Assembly: GCA_965213685.1 (NCBI GenBank)
Contig: CBDBZY010000064.1
Location: forward strand, 704,001 to 768,000
Reading direction: 5' to 3'
From: a bacterium
Lineage (GTDB): Bacteria; UBA8248
Length of the DNA stretch: 64,000 nucleotides
Shown here: in pieces, positions 13,710 to 28,106 of the stretch
Layout: each line of letters begins with the position of its first letter
How positions within the stretch are numbered: the first letter of the stretch is position 1
The notes under the pieces: model-generated
Told to the model about the DNA's origin: nothing
The model's input: the letters and a program-made list of their open reading frames with translations, nothing else
Database searches by the model: none
Program-made: the position numbers and the translations under genes

Positions 13710-14459
13710 CATCTTTCGAAGTTCGATGCAATGTCACCGCTGATGATATTTCGGTAATATGTGGGCCATGTAAAGTGAACCACTATAGCCACTTAGTTGT
13801 TAATAGCAAAGACCTGATTTTTAATGCCGACGCACGTGCATTCATGAAGCCGTCAAAGTCGGTTGGGATGCTGGTTTTTCTCGCAAGCTTACACATTCGC
13901 AGCTTACCCATTCGCAGCGAGTCATCGGAACAAGAGTGCACACTCGTACAGTGTCCTTTAAAATCATTCCTGGAGATACAACCGAAACATCGTTTGAAAG
14001 TGAACTTCGTAAGGAAATGAAATTCGATAACATTAAAGAAGACGTCCAATACATGCAGACGCTAAAGGAAGAGTGCGAAAGTTTTGTATGGAGATACGCC
14101 ATCACACATTACTCAACGGCTATTATGCTAGGGGCAATAAAATACCAAGTTGTGAGTTTAAATCAACAAACTAGTCGCTTTCGGTTAGGACTGAACGCTA
14201 CTGCAACAACTGTAGCACTCGCTCCTGCAGCTCCAACAGCGGCAGCACAGGTGGAGTAACTCTGTACCTCAACAAAGTTTTCAAAGTTTTCAAAGGATGT
14301 GCAGTTGGAAGAAATTGGTAAATTGGCAAATGATTTTTCAGTGACAAAGGAAGAAGTGTTGAAATCGCACCTATTGACAGACTGGTGAAAACACCAAAGT
14401 TATAGCAAATGCCCTTCTGCAAGCTGTACAGACATGCTGCAGGGAAAAGCTGCATAAGT
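13710..14459 (+). pseudogene. Type-B MACPF-like gene, copy B2 (5'-truncated, multiple lesions)
   Basis: Shares the 7-bp deletion with B1; small tandem duplications at ~13900 and ~14280; stop at 14259; promoter and 5' end deleted. Confidence 0.8.
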
Positions 14460-14838
14460 GTAGGTTTAATATCTTTCCCTGATGCGTGTTACACAACAAA
14501 AATGTTTGCACCTCAGCTGTCTGTTTTTTAAAGTGGATGATCTCATGCTTTACAATCACTACATTATTAATTCTTTCTTGATTGCATTGAGACATGTTCA
14601 TAGATAGTATAGACACGTAACAGTTGTGTCTATGGCGTATTCTCTTCCACATGACATTTATTGAACATGACAGTGGTTACTGTCATGCAACAGTGGGACT
14701 CTGCACTGGTATATATGCAAACTATTTGCATTTTTTAAAAACACATGAAATGCTGTATCATGTAAATAAGTCCAGCAGCACAACATGCATGCAGCCTTTG
14801 TTCTGTTACATGACCAGTGAAGAAGCAAGTGACATGAA

Positions 14839-15320
14839 TACGCTTGTCCCAATTATGCTCAAAATATTGCCTATTATTCTATTCTTTTATGCTCAAAAAC
14901 CCTACCTATTATTCCATAATGCATGTCGATTATTCTTTAATCACTTACCAATTATTCCAATGTTTAAATGATTTTTGACGAGAACATGATGCAACAAAAC
15001 ACTTACGAGAACATTACACAAATTGGTATAATATCACAGAGGTTTCTATATAATGTTTCAATGCAAGCTCTTGTTGATCTGAGAGAGTTCGATAAAATGG
15101 CGTTCAACAGCAGCTGATGAAGGCTGCAACAGGAGCATGTCTTTGCATGTTTTTAATCACCTAGGAAGGTTTTCCTCATTCCTCTTCCACCAAATTACGA
15201 GCCCCGCCTCCAAAATTTGAGAAAACCTACCTATTATTCCAGCATTATTCTCTATGCTAATTCTACTTGAAACTGTCCCTATTATTCTAAAATTATGCTA
15301 GCATAATTGGGACAAGCCTA
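14839..15320. mobile_element. hAT-like MITE
   Basis: TIR TA(C/G)GCTTGTCCCAATTATGCT, 8-bp TSD GA(C/G)ATGAA. Empty site at ~6628. Confidence 0.7.
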
Positions 15321-16046
15321 GAGATGAATATCTTTTCAGACCTGCTATATACTCAGCATGTGAACACTCATATCACAAGGTTGCTATAGCAAATGGCACA
15401 TTGATGGCAGCCATGAATGGTCATCAACCTCGCAAGAAGTGATAAGGGGGTCCTTACCTATGGCAATAGAATATGTCATGAAGGACATTTTGCTGCCTGT
15501 TTGTCACACATTACAATCAAATCCCCCTGTTGAGTTAGGGATGTTTACTACAGCCACGCAGACACATACGTACCACTGCAAATGAAATACATGGTGGTGG
15601 TTATAGTTGAACATCTCCACTACTACATTATTCAAGTGGTACACGTACATGTATAATATTATAGCTGTACATGTGAGCTAGTTGGTAAGCTACTTAGAAA
15701 CTTCAGCCGTGTGTGTGTCTCCTGTGCCTCAATGGCTCAACTGCCTATATATGCTGTTCCTACTCCTGAAATGCATGAGGGTATCGATGTCATTGGAGTG
15801 ATTAGACAGGAGTGATACATGGCCATCAGGCAGGAAGTATGCATGAAAATATTCCCTGATGATGGTAGCTGAATAGCTTCTGAAATGTTTGCAAAAACTT
15901 TTCAGATCTTTCACTAGAGTATATAGTTTTCAAGATTCTTACAATACTGTCTTAGAAATTAAGTTGTCAAATACAACAATGCAGTGTTGCAAAATTGTAG
16001 CCAAGTACATTTCCTCCTGCCCTCACCATCTTATAAGTATAATATT

Positions 16047-17005
<959 letters not shown>

Positions 17006-17129
17006 ATATTATAAAATAATAGGTGGCTATGAAACAAGCATATATATGCAAAGGAATGAGCTCGAGTACATAGAGTACAACCAAAATGTTCAACTAGATT
17101 ATTCAGCAGTGCATTGTGGTACACCAGAC

Positions 17130-18625
17130 CTAATTAGCATGCTCTAGATGAAAAAGCATAAAACTATTTGTATTGTTATGGGATTTAGATGATTTTTCAA
17201 CAAATAACTGGTATTGAGGGGGACTCCCTTGTGCAATTTCTTTAACACATAGCTTGCCATTTCCACATCGAATGAAGTACCATCCATTCCCTATCATCCA
17301 ATTATCTGTGTCTACTGCCACTTTTTCTTCCTGGAGTGGATCTTTTAATGACATTCTTGTGTTTTTCTTAGTGATTTGTTGGGTGGTAATTTTTGGCTGA
17401 TTTACAATTGTAATATAAGCACTGGCATTACCTTCATCAACTTTTCTTATTGCAAATTCATTTGCACATTCTTGTTCAATAATAAACTTTGTTGCTTGTG
17501 TACAGTCAGTTGTTCCAACAATTCTTTCTTCTGTATCATGCTCCATTAGATATAGTGGATTTTCCTTTGAACGACACACAATGCGATAGGTCCCAACAGC
17601 TGAAAAATACAGAAACAAATACATGCATTGTAATTATCTGGTGACTTTCTACTAAGATACATGTGTTAGAAATGTGTATGATTAAGACTGTTCTTTGTGG
17701 TAACTGTAGGGACACAATTATTGGAGATGACACAAGTACCAGTTATCAAAATTACATAGCTATCAACATACATACACTGAATATTTCACTCACATTTCTT
17801 CAGCCTTTCCTCGCAGTACTGCTGCACAGCTTGCTGAAGTGCTCTTGCTAGGTCGGGTGTCTTCACCAGTCTGTCAATGGGCATGATTTCAATTCCAATC
17901 ACCTCCTCCTTTGCCACCGAAAACCCATCAACCAACTTCCCAATCACATCTATCTGCACATGTTTAGAAAACCGCATCATTGCATGTGTTTGTTCAATGT
18001 GCGCTGAAACTGATGATGCTGCAGGAACAGGAACTGCAGCGCCAGCTTTCCCTCCAGCACTGAACAGACAGTTATATTCCTTTAAGCTTACCACTTGATA
18101 CTTCATTGCTCCAAACATGAGAGCGGTGGAGTAATGCGTTATACCATATTTGGTGATAAATTCTGTGCACAAACCTACTAAGGTCTGCTGTCTCTGCTCG
18201 TTCTCTTCGATGTTGGCAAAATCTATTGCCTTGCGAAGGTCACTCTCGAATGATGTGTGCTTTGCGTCGCCAGGAGTGACATTGAAAGATATTGTACGAG
18301 TATGCACTCTTGTTCCTATTACTTGTTGCGAGTAAGCGACCTCGTGAGAGAAGCCCTCATCCATACCGACTTTGACGGCGGCGCTGAGAGCACCAGGCTG
18401 CGTGTTGGTATTGAAAATCATATCTTTCCTGTGTAGCACATCGTGACTGTAGTGGACCACAGTACCCGGCTCGCGCATCACCACGATATCATCCTGAGTA
18501 AAGCAGCGCCGAACTTGAAAAGAAGTTTTGTTTTTCCAAGGACTGTAGTTTGTGACGTCTAGTCCGAGACCAAGGCCGCGCTCCCTAGCAAGCTCAACGT
18601 AATTAATCTTGGGCTTCCCAGACAT
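17130..18625 (-). CDS. Type-A MACPF-like + putative beta-trefoil protein, copy A3 (exons 18625-17794 and 17599-17130; 433 aa, intact)
   Basis: Same motifs and splice sites as A1; both exons open. Confidence 0.8.
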
Positions 18626-18793
18626 ATTTGATGATTTGAGACGCCGTTCCCTGACGTGGAGGATTCTCAACAGGTTGGCTCTAGCAGAGAGACTACTCCC
18701 CGGACCGATTCAACTGGTATAAAACCGCAAGAGTGACGTCATATTTCGTAGGATGCATGTTAGGCTCGGCCCCACCCAGTTGCTACAACGCCT

Positions 18794-18871
<78 letters not shown>

Positions 18872-21049
18872 CTAAACTAAAACACTCACTGGGCTAATAA
18901 CATCTGCCCTTACTGAGGCTAATCAGTCAGTAAACATCTTAGCTTATTAATACTTGCAATATTTGACTTCCACTATTTCACCTTTCACAGTTTGAGATCT
19001 AGATTCAATAGGCCTATCAACATCTCCAGTTTCCAAGTCACCAGGAAAGGCCATGATTCATGTAGGGATGGTAAAATTAATTTCCTAGATGACTTCTGGA
19101 TTGAAGTACGTTTATTCAGAAAGATAACCTCACATGTAGACTAGATCTGGATTTGCCATATGATTCACATACATGTGAACTGTTGGCATAAATTGAGTGC
19201 AGCCAGTGCATACACATGTGGTCACTGGTATCCCTATCACCAGAGACTCTGCAACTTACTCTCAACTGTGGTAAGGAAACATCTCAATACAAAGCTGTGA
19301 CAGCAGCTGCTCTGTGAAAAGAAGGCAGTGTAGGTGAAGGAAGAGATATATGGGAGGTTTGGGGAAGGAATGTGTCACCTCCACAGTGTAATACTAGAAT
19401 GGAGGAAACTGTCAGCTGTAGTGCTCCAAAACTACTCTCTTCCTCACCCTTATGTAAACCATAAACCTAATCAGCTAATCCAGCATTGTACACTGGAGGA
19501 AAGACTAATAGCCATAATAAGGCAAAATACCATTTCTTTCCTCAGAAACTATAGCTTTGTCACATGAGTATTCCTATTCATGCTAGGTATAATATTATGA
19601 TGTCAGCAAAGTTGTGTTAAAGAGCATGATCAGTCTTTGGAGCAGTAACTCAGTATGCCACCAAAGTAACACTCTCATGAACCATCAGCACACCTAGCAC
19701 CATGGGCAGAACATTCAGATTATTATACACACACATTCTGTAATCCACATGAAATGTGCAAGGTGTGCATATCTCCAAATAGAGGTTGTCTATTGATCAC
19801 CACTGTTTCCTCCATGCATGTAGGATTGGCTGTGGTTTACATGTCAGCATACAAGGTTTCCAAGAGATCCTATGATAACCCAAACCATACATCTTGGCAA
19901 TTACCCTTTCCTCCATGTCACTGCTATATCTTTGAGGAAACACATTCCTGACCTCATGCATAGAGTGGTACATGAGCATATGTACCATTCCTCCTCATTT
20001 TCTGTCTCATTCTACTGTACACATGAGCAAAACAGCAGCCATTTTTTCTCTCAATCTCTCTTGTTGATTGCATTGCCCATGCTGGAATTAAGAACCCATT
20101 ATCATCTGTCTCCACTACAGCATTATAATTATCCCAATAATATTTACAGTCACATGGTGGAGTATGGAGTACTACAGTTGCCATGCAGTCAATTAACACA
20201 CATTGTTCTCTTCTTCTGTGAAATTCAATGTAGAATGTTGACATTGCAATGGCAATGCCATTCGTAAAGGGTTCTTAGCTGGTTGGCAATAGTGGAGAGA
20301 CTACTTCTAGTGGACCAATTCGACTGTTAATGTATAACCACAACAGTGACATCAAATGTCATGCTCAAAGGGCACATGTGCAACCACTACACAGATACAC
20401 AATGTTTTACATACAGAATGGCTGGTTGCCAAGAGTATGGCTGAGTGCCACAGCCCATGCTATGTAGATTTTCTTTATCACTCTCAATTGTGGCAAAGAA
20501 ACATTCAATACAAAAGTAACTCAACATGACAGCAGCTGCTCCGTCAAAACAAGTCAGTGTACAAGCACAAAAGGTTCATGGGGAAAGAATATGCATCCTC
20601 CACAGTGTACTACAATGAAGTTAAGTACTCTAAACTGCTGATATGTGGGGAATAATTAATTCGCCGCGTATTACGTCTGCTCGCGAGACTACGCACATAT
20701 GGCATTACGACATAACTCTGAGGCATTAACCTTTCCTCCAATTCATTATTACATATCAGAGGTAATAGATTCCCAAACTTATGCAGTCCACATGAGTATG
20801 TCCCTTTTCTCCTCATTTAATTACATGCATGTAACATCTCTGCATCTACACATATTATGTGAAACAAAGCAGCTACTTTGATTTGTGTATATGAGTATGT
20901 CTCAGTTGTAGTGTCTGTGCTACAGCTAAGAGCCCATCATTTCCTACCTCCACTCCACTCCAGGTACTGTTCGGAATACTGGTAGCTAAACAGAATAAGC
21001 AATGTACCTATTCTGAACCCTATATAACCATAAAATTTATATAGCTAGC

Positions 21050-21500
21050 ACAGCAAAAATGAAATTGTTAGTTGAAATTGTTCTTTAACAAAGACCTTCA
21101 TCATGTGAGTTGCACTTGTGTATCCATGTCCATAGTTTGCTATTTCCTTGTCATGAGACCTACAACCATTATGTATAGTACAAGTTGCATGGCAGCAAGT
21201 TGAACAATACTGTATTTGCTGTGAGTCACAAGGTGGAGTAGTAGTACTACAGTTACTAGTCACACACAAAGTTCCCTTGTTACTAACTATTCCCCAAGAA
21301 ATGTTGACAGGAAGAGACATAGAGGAGGTTTGTACATGTTGAGAGCTATAAACTTGTTTAAAATAGTAAGCCTTGCTTTAGATTCATAAATTCATACACT
21401 TGAAGCAAGTAGCGTTATTTCATTTTGGCTCAAATGAAGGAAGCGTGAGGTGCCACCCCAACTACATGTAAAGCACACTTAGCCTCACGTAATTCATTAG
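21050..21500 (+). other. Orphan partial duplicate of the type-B upstream region, with no coding sequence
   Basis: Similar to 4760-5220 and 24000-24320 (e.g. GAAGCAAGTAGCGTTATTTCAT, GCCACCCCAA), but similarity stops before the TATA/ATG. Confidence 0.6.
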
Positions 21501-23411
21501 GCTTTGGACGCATCACGTGAGTGTGTTGAAGAGCATTGTCAGAATCCTTTGGAAGGTTCCACACATCCAACAGCATGGGCAGAGATAATCACCAATAAGA
21601 AAGTCACTCTGTAATCTGCATAACATACAGGCAATCACCTCACTAGCATAAACCTTTACTCATATAGGCACTGAACATGGCAAGAATGTACTTCCACAAG
21701 CATAAGATGGGTGACCTGACTTATGCACCAGTTTCTTCATCCTCTAAACCAGAAGCCCTATTTCATCCAGCTAGAGTCTCAAAAGAAACCAGCCAGTGAC
21801 AGTATACCCATTCTGCATTATCCAATGAAGATGTAGGGATGGTAGTGCCAAAATCCACAGAAACTAGGTTTAGGGATGACTGTGTGCAGGCAAGAAAACA
21901 CATACAAAGCTACACCAACTGCTGTACTCCTTATGGTATGTACCTACACATACACAGACGCAAGAGGTGAGATTATGACCTCCAAGTACACCTGAGAGCA
22001 TTGATGACAAGCTGGTTAGCTATTACAGAGCAAAATAGAGATGGTTATTTCAACCAGAGTATGGTTGCAAGTAATTAGCTCAATTCCACCAACTACTTTC
22101 ACACTGTTCTCAGTTATATTTTATAACATGATGGGTAAACAGCATGCCTTTCATGTACAATCAATGCTGTGGTCATGCATGATCAGTGTTACTCATGCCC
22201 AGTGAAATGATGAGTGCCACCTAAACACATGCAAATGTGTACTGTGAGGATGAGGGTAGAAAGAAAAACAGCAATAATACATACCCTCACTTACATCAAA
22301 TGCTTTTCCCAGCACTCACTGACAGTTTATTAGCAATGTGTTAGGAGGCAATGGGCTCTTGGAGGAATTTTGAAGCCATGGACGTATGTACATTTCTACC
22401 ATAAAATTCTGCATGTATGCAAACACAAGCCATATCAACTCCTCAGTGGAGGTATCACAAGCCACAAATGGAGGAAACAGTAATGATCACTATACTGTTT
22501 TCTCCATATATGACTTGTAGTTTCCTCCATTGGGGATTAGATGTGCATGGCTTGTACTTGCATGGTTGCTCTATGGTATTAAGAAGAGAGATGCCATAAC
22601 ACTCTTTAAAGAATACCTTTTCCTCCAATTCATATTACATATCAGAGGTATGAGATTCCCAAACTCATGCAGTCCAGAATAATACCACATGAGTATGCCC
22701 CTTTCCTCCTCATTTAATTGAAACAAAGCAGCTACTTTAATTTATGTGTATGGATATTTCTCATGCAGTTGTAGTGTCTGTGCTGCAACTAAGAGCCCAT
22801 GTTTGCCTGCCTTCACTACTACTCCATGGAGGTGGTACAATTTGGAACACCAGTACAGCTAAACACTGCAAAAAAGAGATGGTTATTCTAACCTTGCTAA
22901 GGTTGTCTCAGTTGCAGCTGAATGACATCATGTCACCCCACACTGAATTCTTATTTCTCCTCCTATACTCTTGAGACTGAAGGCATGTGGGCAATGTGTA
23001 GTGTGTCTCCAAAATAAGTTGAGTAATTGTGTGCTATGACAGGAATTTGACAGGGGATGCATAAACAGCCCATGATGGGTGGTCAATTCCCCTGTCATTT
23101 ACTCTACAGCTCAATCCCCCACAACTACTTGGAGACACCCTACACATTGTTCGACTGTGATATGTGTTGAAGTTACTATCAGGTCTGTGTTTGGTGGACT
23201 CGGAAGTTAAGAAGGCGTGCTCAACACAGGCTGAAACGAACCAGAGACATCTACATGTACTCTGCATCACGTGCATATCACAGTGCACTAGTCTATATCA
23301 TATCATAGCACCTGCATTGGAAAAGGTTTTACTGATACATGTAACTGTGTGCTAAGGTGGCTTTCATGTCAACACTCTTGCTGAAAGCAGCAAAAAAAAA
23401 AGGGAGAGGAG

Positions 23412-23989
23412 ACAAGTAAATTAAAAAAATTGAAATTTTGAAGGGTATATAGGGATTGCATAAAAAGGAATGGAGACAAGACCTGGATGTAGAGTACATG
23501 CTATTATTGTAACTAGTTGTCATGGGAACGATGATGAAGCATGGAGTACCTCAGGCCTGATTATGCAACACAAGCCGTATATTGTTGAACAGCCACCAAC
23601 GTGTCCCTTCAAAAGCTACTATCACTGCAAAGTATGCAAGTTGGTGTAGGAGTGCAAAGCTACAAGACAGATGACAGGGATAGGGAGTATAATTATAGTT
23701 TATTTAAATGTGCCAATGGTACATGTACCACATTGGTCTGGGGTGGTCCCTTCGTGGTCAGTGATGGTCCTTCATTGATCGAGTCATGTGATTTCTGTGT
23801 GTGAAACTCAGCTCAACAATATAGCGGCTTGTGTTGCATAATCAGGCCTGAGGTACTCCATGCTTCATCATCGTTCCCATGACAACTAGTAACAATAATA
23901 GCATGTACTCTACATCCAGGTCTTGTCTCCATTCCTTTTTATGCAATCCCTATATACCCTTCAAAATTTCAATTTTTTAATTTACTTGT
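23412..23989. repeat. Long inverted repeat (~175-bp arms, ~225-bp spacer)
   Basis: 23412-23589 is nearly the reverse complement of 23814-23989. Confidence 0.9.
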
Positions 23990-24492
23990 AATACTACAAA
24001 CCTTGTCATGGGACCTACAACCATATAATGTTTAGCTACATGTGATAAAATATGCATGGCAGCAAGTTGAACAATACTGTATTTGCTGTGAGTCACAAGG
24101 TGGAGTAGTAGTACTATAGTTACTAGTCACACACAAAATTCCCTTTCTACTGACTATTCCCCAAGAGATGTACAGGAGGCTTGTACATGTTAAAGTGCAT
24201 TGCAGCTATTAACCTGTCTAACTAGTAAGCCTTGCCTTAGAATCATAAATTCGAAGCAAGCAGCGTTATTTCATCTGGAAGCGCGAGGCGCCACCCCAAT
24301 TAATGCGCCCTTAGCCTCGTGTAATTTATATTCCCGTGAAGTAGGTGTGGTCTGATCTCAATAATTATAAGAGCAGATTCACCTTCGCCACAAACTCCAG
24401 ATCAAAATTTTCGCAGTTGAATTGAAACAAGATAGAGCCATTCGCTTCGTTCTATCGTGCGGCTACCCAGCTGGTAACTCTCCATATCAGAC

Positions 24493-25057
24493 ATGGCTGC
24501 ATATCACAACCCCGAAATCCAGACCAAAGCCGAAGAGAATCACCTTGAGCTGGCGGAAGCTAAGCAGCTTGGCCTTGGCCTCGGACTTGACGTCACAAAC
24601 CCCAACCCATGGGGAAACAAAACATCTCTCGAAGTTCGACGCAACGTTACCGCGGATGATATTTCGGTAATATGTGGGCCATGTAAAGTGAACCACTATA
24701 GCCGCTTGGTTGTTAATAGCAAAGACCTGATTTTTAATGCCGATGCGCATGCAGGTGCCCTTCATGAAGCCGTCAAAGTCGGTTTGGATACGGGTTTTTC
24801 TCGCAAGCTTACCCGTTCGCAGCAAGTCATCGGAACAAGAGTACACACTCGTACAGTTTCCTTCAAAGTCATTCCTGGAGATACAGCCGAAACATCGTTT
24901 GAGAGGGAACTTCGTGACGCAATCAACTTCGACAGCATTAAAGAAGACATGCAGACCCTCAAGGAAGCGTGCGAAAGGTTTGTAAGGAGATACGCTATCA
25001 CGCATTACTCGACGGCTCTTATGCTAGGAGCGATAAAATACCAAGTGGTTAGTTTAA
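24493..25057 (+). pseudogene. Type-B MACPF-like gene, copy B3, 5' part of exon 1 (open frame up to the TTAA insertion)
   Basis: MAAYHNP...QLGLGLGLDVTNPNPWGNKTS...YAITHYSTALMLGAIKYQVVSL, then transposon sequence. Confidence 0.85.
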
Positions 25058-25633
25058 GGCAGGACGACCCTAAGACATGATTTTGCCTGATTTATGTTTT
25101 ATTGTATTCTCCTAATGATGCCTGTTAGCGAGATAACGTAGTTTTGCGTGATATCTCGGTTCATAGAATTATAAAATTTACGCAATATGCATATCGCTAA
25201 TTATAGAAAAAAAAATTTGCCAATAACGGCTAATGCTGCAGAGACGAAACTTCGGTGGATGATTAGTAAGCATAATGGCTATTTAAGTTTGCTTTAAAAA
25301 TCCGTGCTAAATCTTTCTTTCTAGACATATAATCGTTTTCTTCGTGCTGCAGAATTTAGAAAAACGGTAGCAAATTCTGCCGTAAAGTAGCAGGCCAAGC
25401 CTCGAGCAACCCATTGCGCATAAACTAGTTCACTCCCCTTTGGCGAGCATCCACCCCTTCACCGGTTGGCGCCACATAGCGCCGCACGTCCAACGGTAGC
25501 GGGAAATATGAATTTTTTTCCCAGCGAATTTGCAACCGCGCCAAAGAATTGCTGTCGTTTTAGCGTTGGTAAATGTAGGGGGAAAGCGACGGTAGAGTAA
25601 TTGACGAAGAACGCAATCATGACTCGCCCTCCC
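25058..25633 (-). mobile_element. Kolobok-like TTAA MITE (copy 2), inserted in B3 exon 1
   Basis: Reverse complement of 11896-12471; TTAA on both sides. Confidence 0.8.
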
Positions 25634-26188
25634 TTAAAAAACGCTAACACCATTGGACCCCTCGCAACTTTCCCGCTCTGGTGATATCCTTCATTAAACA
25701 TGAAAGCTTACCAGTCAAATGTTAGCTGTATGTCCCATAAAGAAAGTATGTAGGTACCACTGACCACAAGGAATTTAGTCCGCGTGACCTAACGGAGTGC
25801 GCGCGCCCCTCACGCGGCACTCGCGTTCTCGTTTTCAGAGGAAAAGCTCCAAGAAACGCAGGCTATGAAGATAAGGAAGGCTTTTGGTGTGTACTAACCT
25901 CCTGCAAAGGCAGTGCAAGGGTAGGAAGCAGATCTACTCGGAGTCTCGCGCGTATACACAGCTCAGACCACGCCCAGATGCCCGCGCATTCCGTTACCCA
26001 CAAATATGAGGGAAGTTGTAATAACAACGCGCACTTGCGTAAGCGAGTAAACCACAGCTACTTACAAAAAAGCTATATATGCTACAATTGAAAACTGCGA
26101 CTACAGATTACACAACGCATCTTAATATCAAACCATTGTAACTGATGTCACAACCATTACAAAACATCAATAAGGTATTGTAAGAGCA

Positions 26189-26724
26189 CTACATGGCAGA
26201 TTCTAAATGAAAGAGCATAAAAACATCTTTTCCGTAATGGGATGAAGAAGATTGTACAACAAACATCTGATACCAGGTTCCTTGCCTTGTTTTAACTTCT
26301 TTAACGCAAAGCTTGCCTCTTTTAAAAAGGTTACGCCTGCGTGCACATCGAATGAAACACCATACGTCCCCCTTGATCCAGAGATCTGCGTCTATCTCCA
26401 CTTTTTTTTCCTGCATTTGGTTTACCAAAGAAAATCTCGTGTTCTCCCTAGTGACATTTGCGGTAGTTATTATTGGAGGTTGGTTACGGGGATTTCTCCC
26501 AGTGACTGTTACTGCGTTTGTAATATAAGCAGCGGGATTAAGCTTACTTTCATCAAATTTTTTAATTGCAAATTTATTGGGGTAGTTTTCATACTCCAGC
26601 TAAATGCAAAACATGGTTGCACATGTCTTCTCAGTTGTTCCAACTATTGTTTCATCTGCTTCATTCTCCTTGAGATAAAGTGGATCATTGGCTGAACGAC
26701 ACATAATAAAGAAAGGCCCAACAG
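26189..26724 (-). pseudogene. Type-B exon 2 (beta-trefoil-like domain) of B3, in the inverted segment
   Basis: Acceptor ttttcAG|CT GTT GGG; reads VGPFFIMCRSANDPLYL...WCFIRC...GKLCVKE...FMLFHLESAM, homologous to A exon 2. In-frame TAG at 26600-26602. Confidence 0.8.
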
Positions 26725-26851
26725 CTGAAAAAGATGGAAGTGGGTATAGATACATATTTGTGTGGTGCCTGGCCTATACACTTATAAACGCCTGCTTGCT
26801 TGACAACCCAAGTTTGAATATTCAGAACAAAACCCCTCATAGTTACACCAG

Positions 26852-27077
26852 GAGCGCATAAGCGCCGCGAAGCGGCGCCAAGGAGCGTCCAACAACTGAG
26901 AACAGCGATGTCCTAAACAGGAACTTTGACCTCTCAGTCTTTGACCAGCTGGAGAATCCACACTACAGTTACACTTGTAGTAGTTGTACACTTATGTAGC
27001 TTCTGTAGTAGCTGTTACGTAACTGTGATTCAAATAAGGGCATCTCCTTGGCGCCGCTTTGCGGTGCTTATGGGCTC
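26852..27077. mobile_element. Unclassified MITE in the B3 intron
   Basis: ~34-bp imperfect TIR GAGCGCATAAGCGCCGCGAAGCGGCGCCAAGGAG; TSD not clear. Confidence 0.55.
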
Positions 27078-27120
27078 AACATAATTATAATGTAGTCAAG
27101 CATGAGACCATGCACTATAT

Positions 27121-27178
27121 TATTCTCGCGAGCCAGATCCTCGTAAATCGATTTACGAGGGCCTGGCTCGCGAGAATA
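27121..27178. mobile_element. 58-bp palindromic mini-MITE (AcademH-like) in the B3 intron
   Basis: TATTCTCGCGAGCCAG..CTGGCTCGCGAGAATA with 9-bp TSD G(C/T)ACTATAT; absent from the B1/B2 introns. Confidence 0.65.
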
Positions 27179-27241
27179 GTACTATATAAAACCAGACAGC
27201 CGAGGTGTTAACACACATGCATGGAAAGATATTAAACTTAC

Positions 27242-27533
27242 GCTTTTGCAGCTTTTCCCTGCAGTATGTCTGTACAGCTTGCAGAAGGGCATCTGCTAGC
27301 TTTGGTGTCTTCACCAGTCTGTCAATAGGTGCAATTTCAATTTCAATCACTCCTTCCTTTGTCACTGAAAAATCATCTGTCAATTTACCAATCTCTTCCA
27401 ACTGCATATCCTTTGAAAACTTTGTTGAGGTATAGTTTTGTTCCAGTTGTGCTGCAGCTGTTGGAGATGCAGGAGTGAGTACTACAGCAGTAGCGTTCAG
27501 TCCTAACCGAAACCGATTAGTTTGTTGATTTAA
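27242..27533 (-). pseudogene. 3' part of B3 exon 1, inverted
   Basis: TTAAATCAACAAACT continues the B frame (LNQQTNRFRLG...IAPIDRLVKTP...REKLQK); donor AAGC|GTAAGT at 27242/27241. Confidence 0.85.
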
Positions 27534-28106
27534 GGGAGGGCGAGTCATGATTGCGTTCTTCGTCAATTACTCTACCGTCGCTTTCCCCCTACATTTACCA
27601 ACGCTAAAACGACAGCAATTCTTTGGCGCGGTTGCAAATTCGCTGGAAAAAAATTCATATTTCCCGCTACCGTTGGACGTGCGCGCTGTGTGGCGCCAAC
27701 CGGTGAAGAGGTGGATGCTCGCCAAAGGGGAGTGAACTAGTTTATGCGCAATGGGTTGCTCGAGGCTTGGCTTGCTACTTTACGGCAGAATATGCTACCG
27801 TTTTTCGAAATTCTGCAGCACGAAGAAAACGATTATATGTCTAGAAAGAAAGATTTAGCACGGATTTTTAAAGCAAACTTAGAGAGCCAACATGCTTAGT
27901 AATCATCCACCGAAGTTTCGTCTCTGCAGCATTAGCCGTTATTGGCAAATTTTTTTTCTATAATTAGCGATATGCATATTGCGTAAATTTTATAATTCTA
28001 TGAACCAACATATCACGCAAAACTACGTTATTTCGCTAACAGGCATCATTAGGAGAATACAATAAAACATAAATCAGGCAAAATCATGTCTTAGGGTCGT
28101 CCTGCC
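27534..28106 (+). mobile_element. Kolobok-like TTAA MITE (copy 3)
   Basis: Near-identical to 11896-12471; TTAA on both sides; inverted relative to copy 2. Confidence 0.8.

Noticed and set aside
24493-25080. Intact 195-aa protein
   Set aside because: The last 7 codons and stop come from the inserted MITE; the real continuation is at 27533 on the minus strand.
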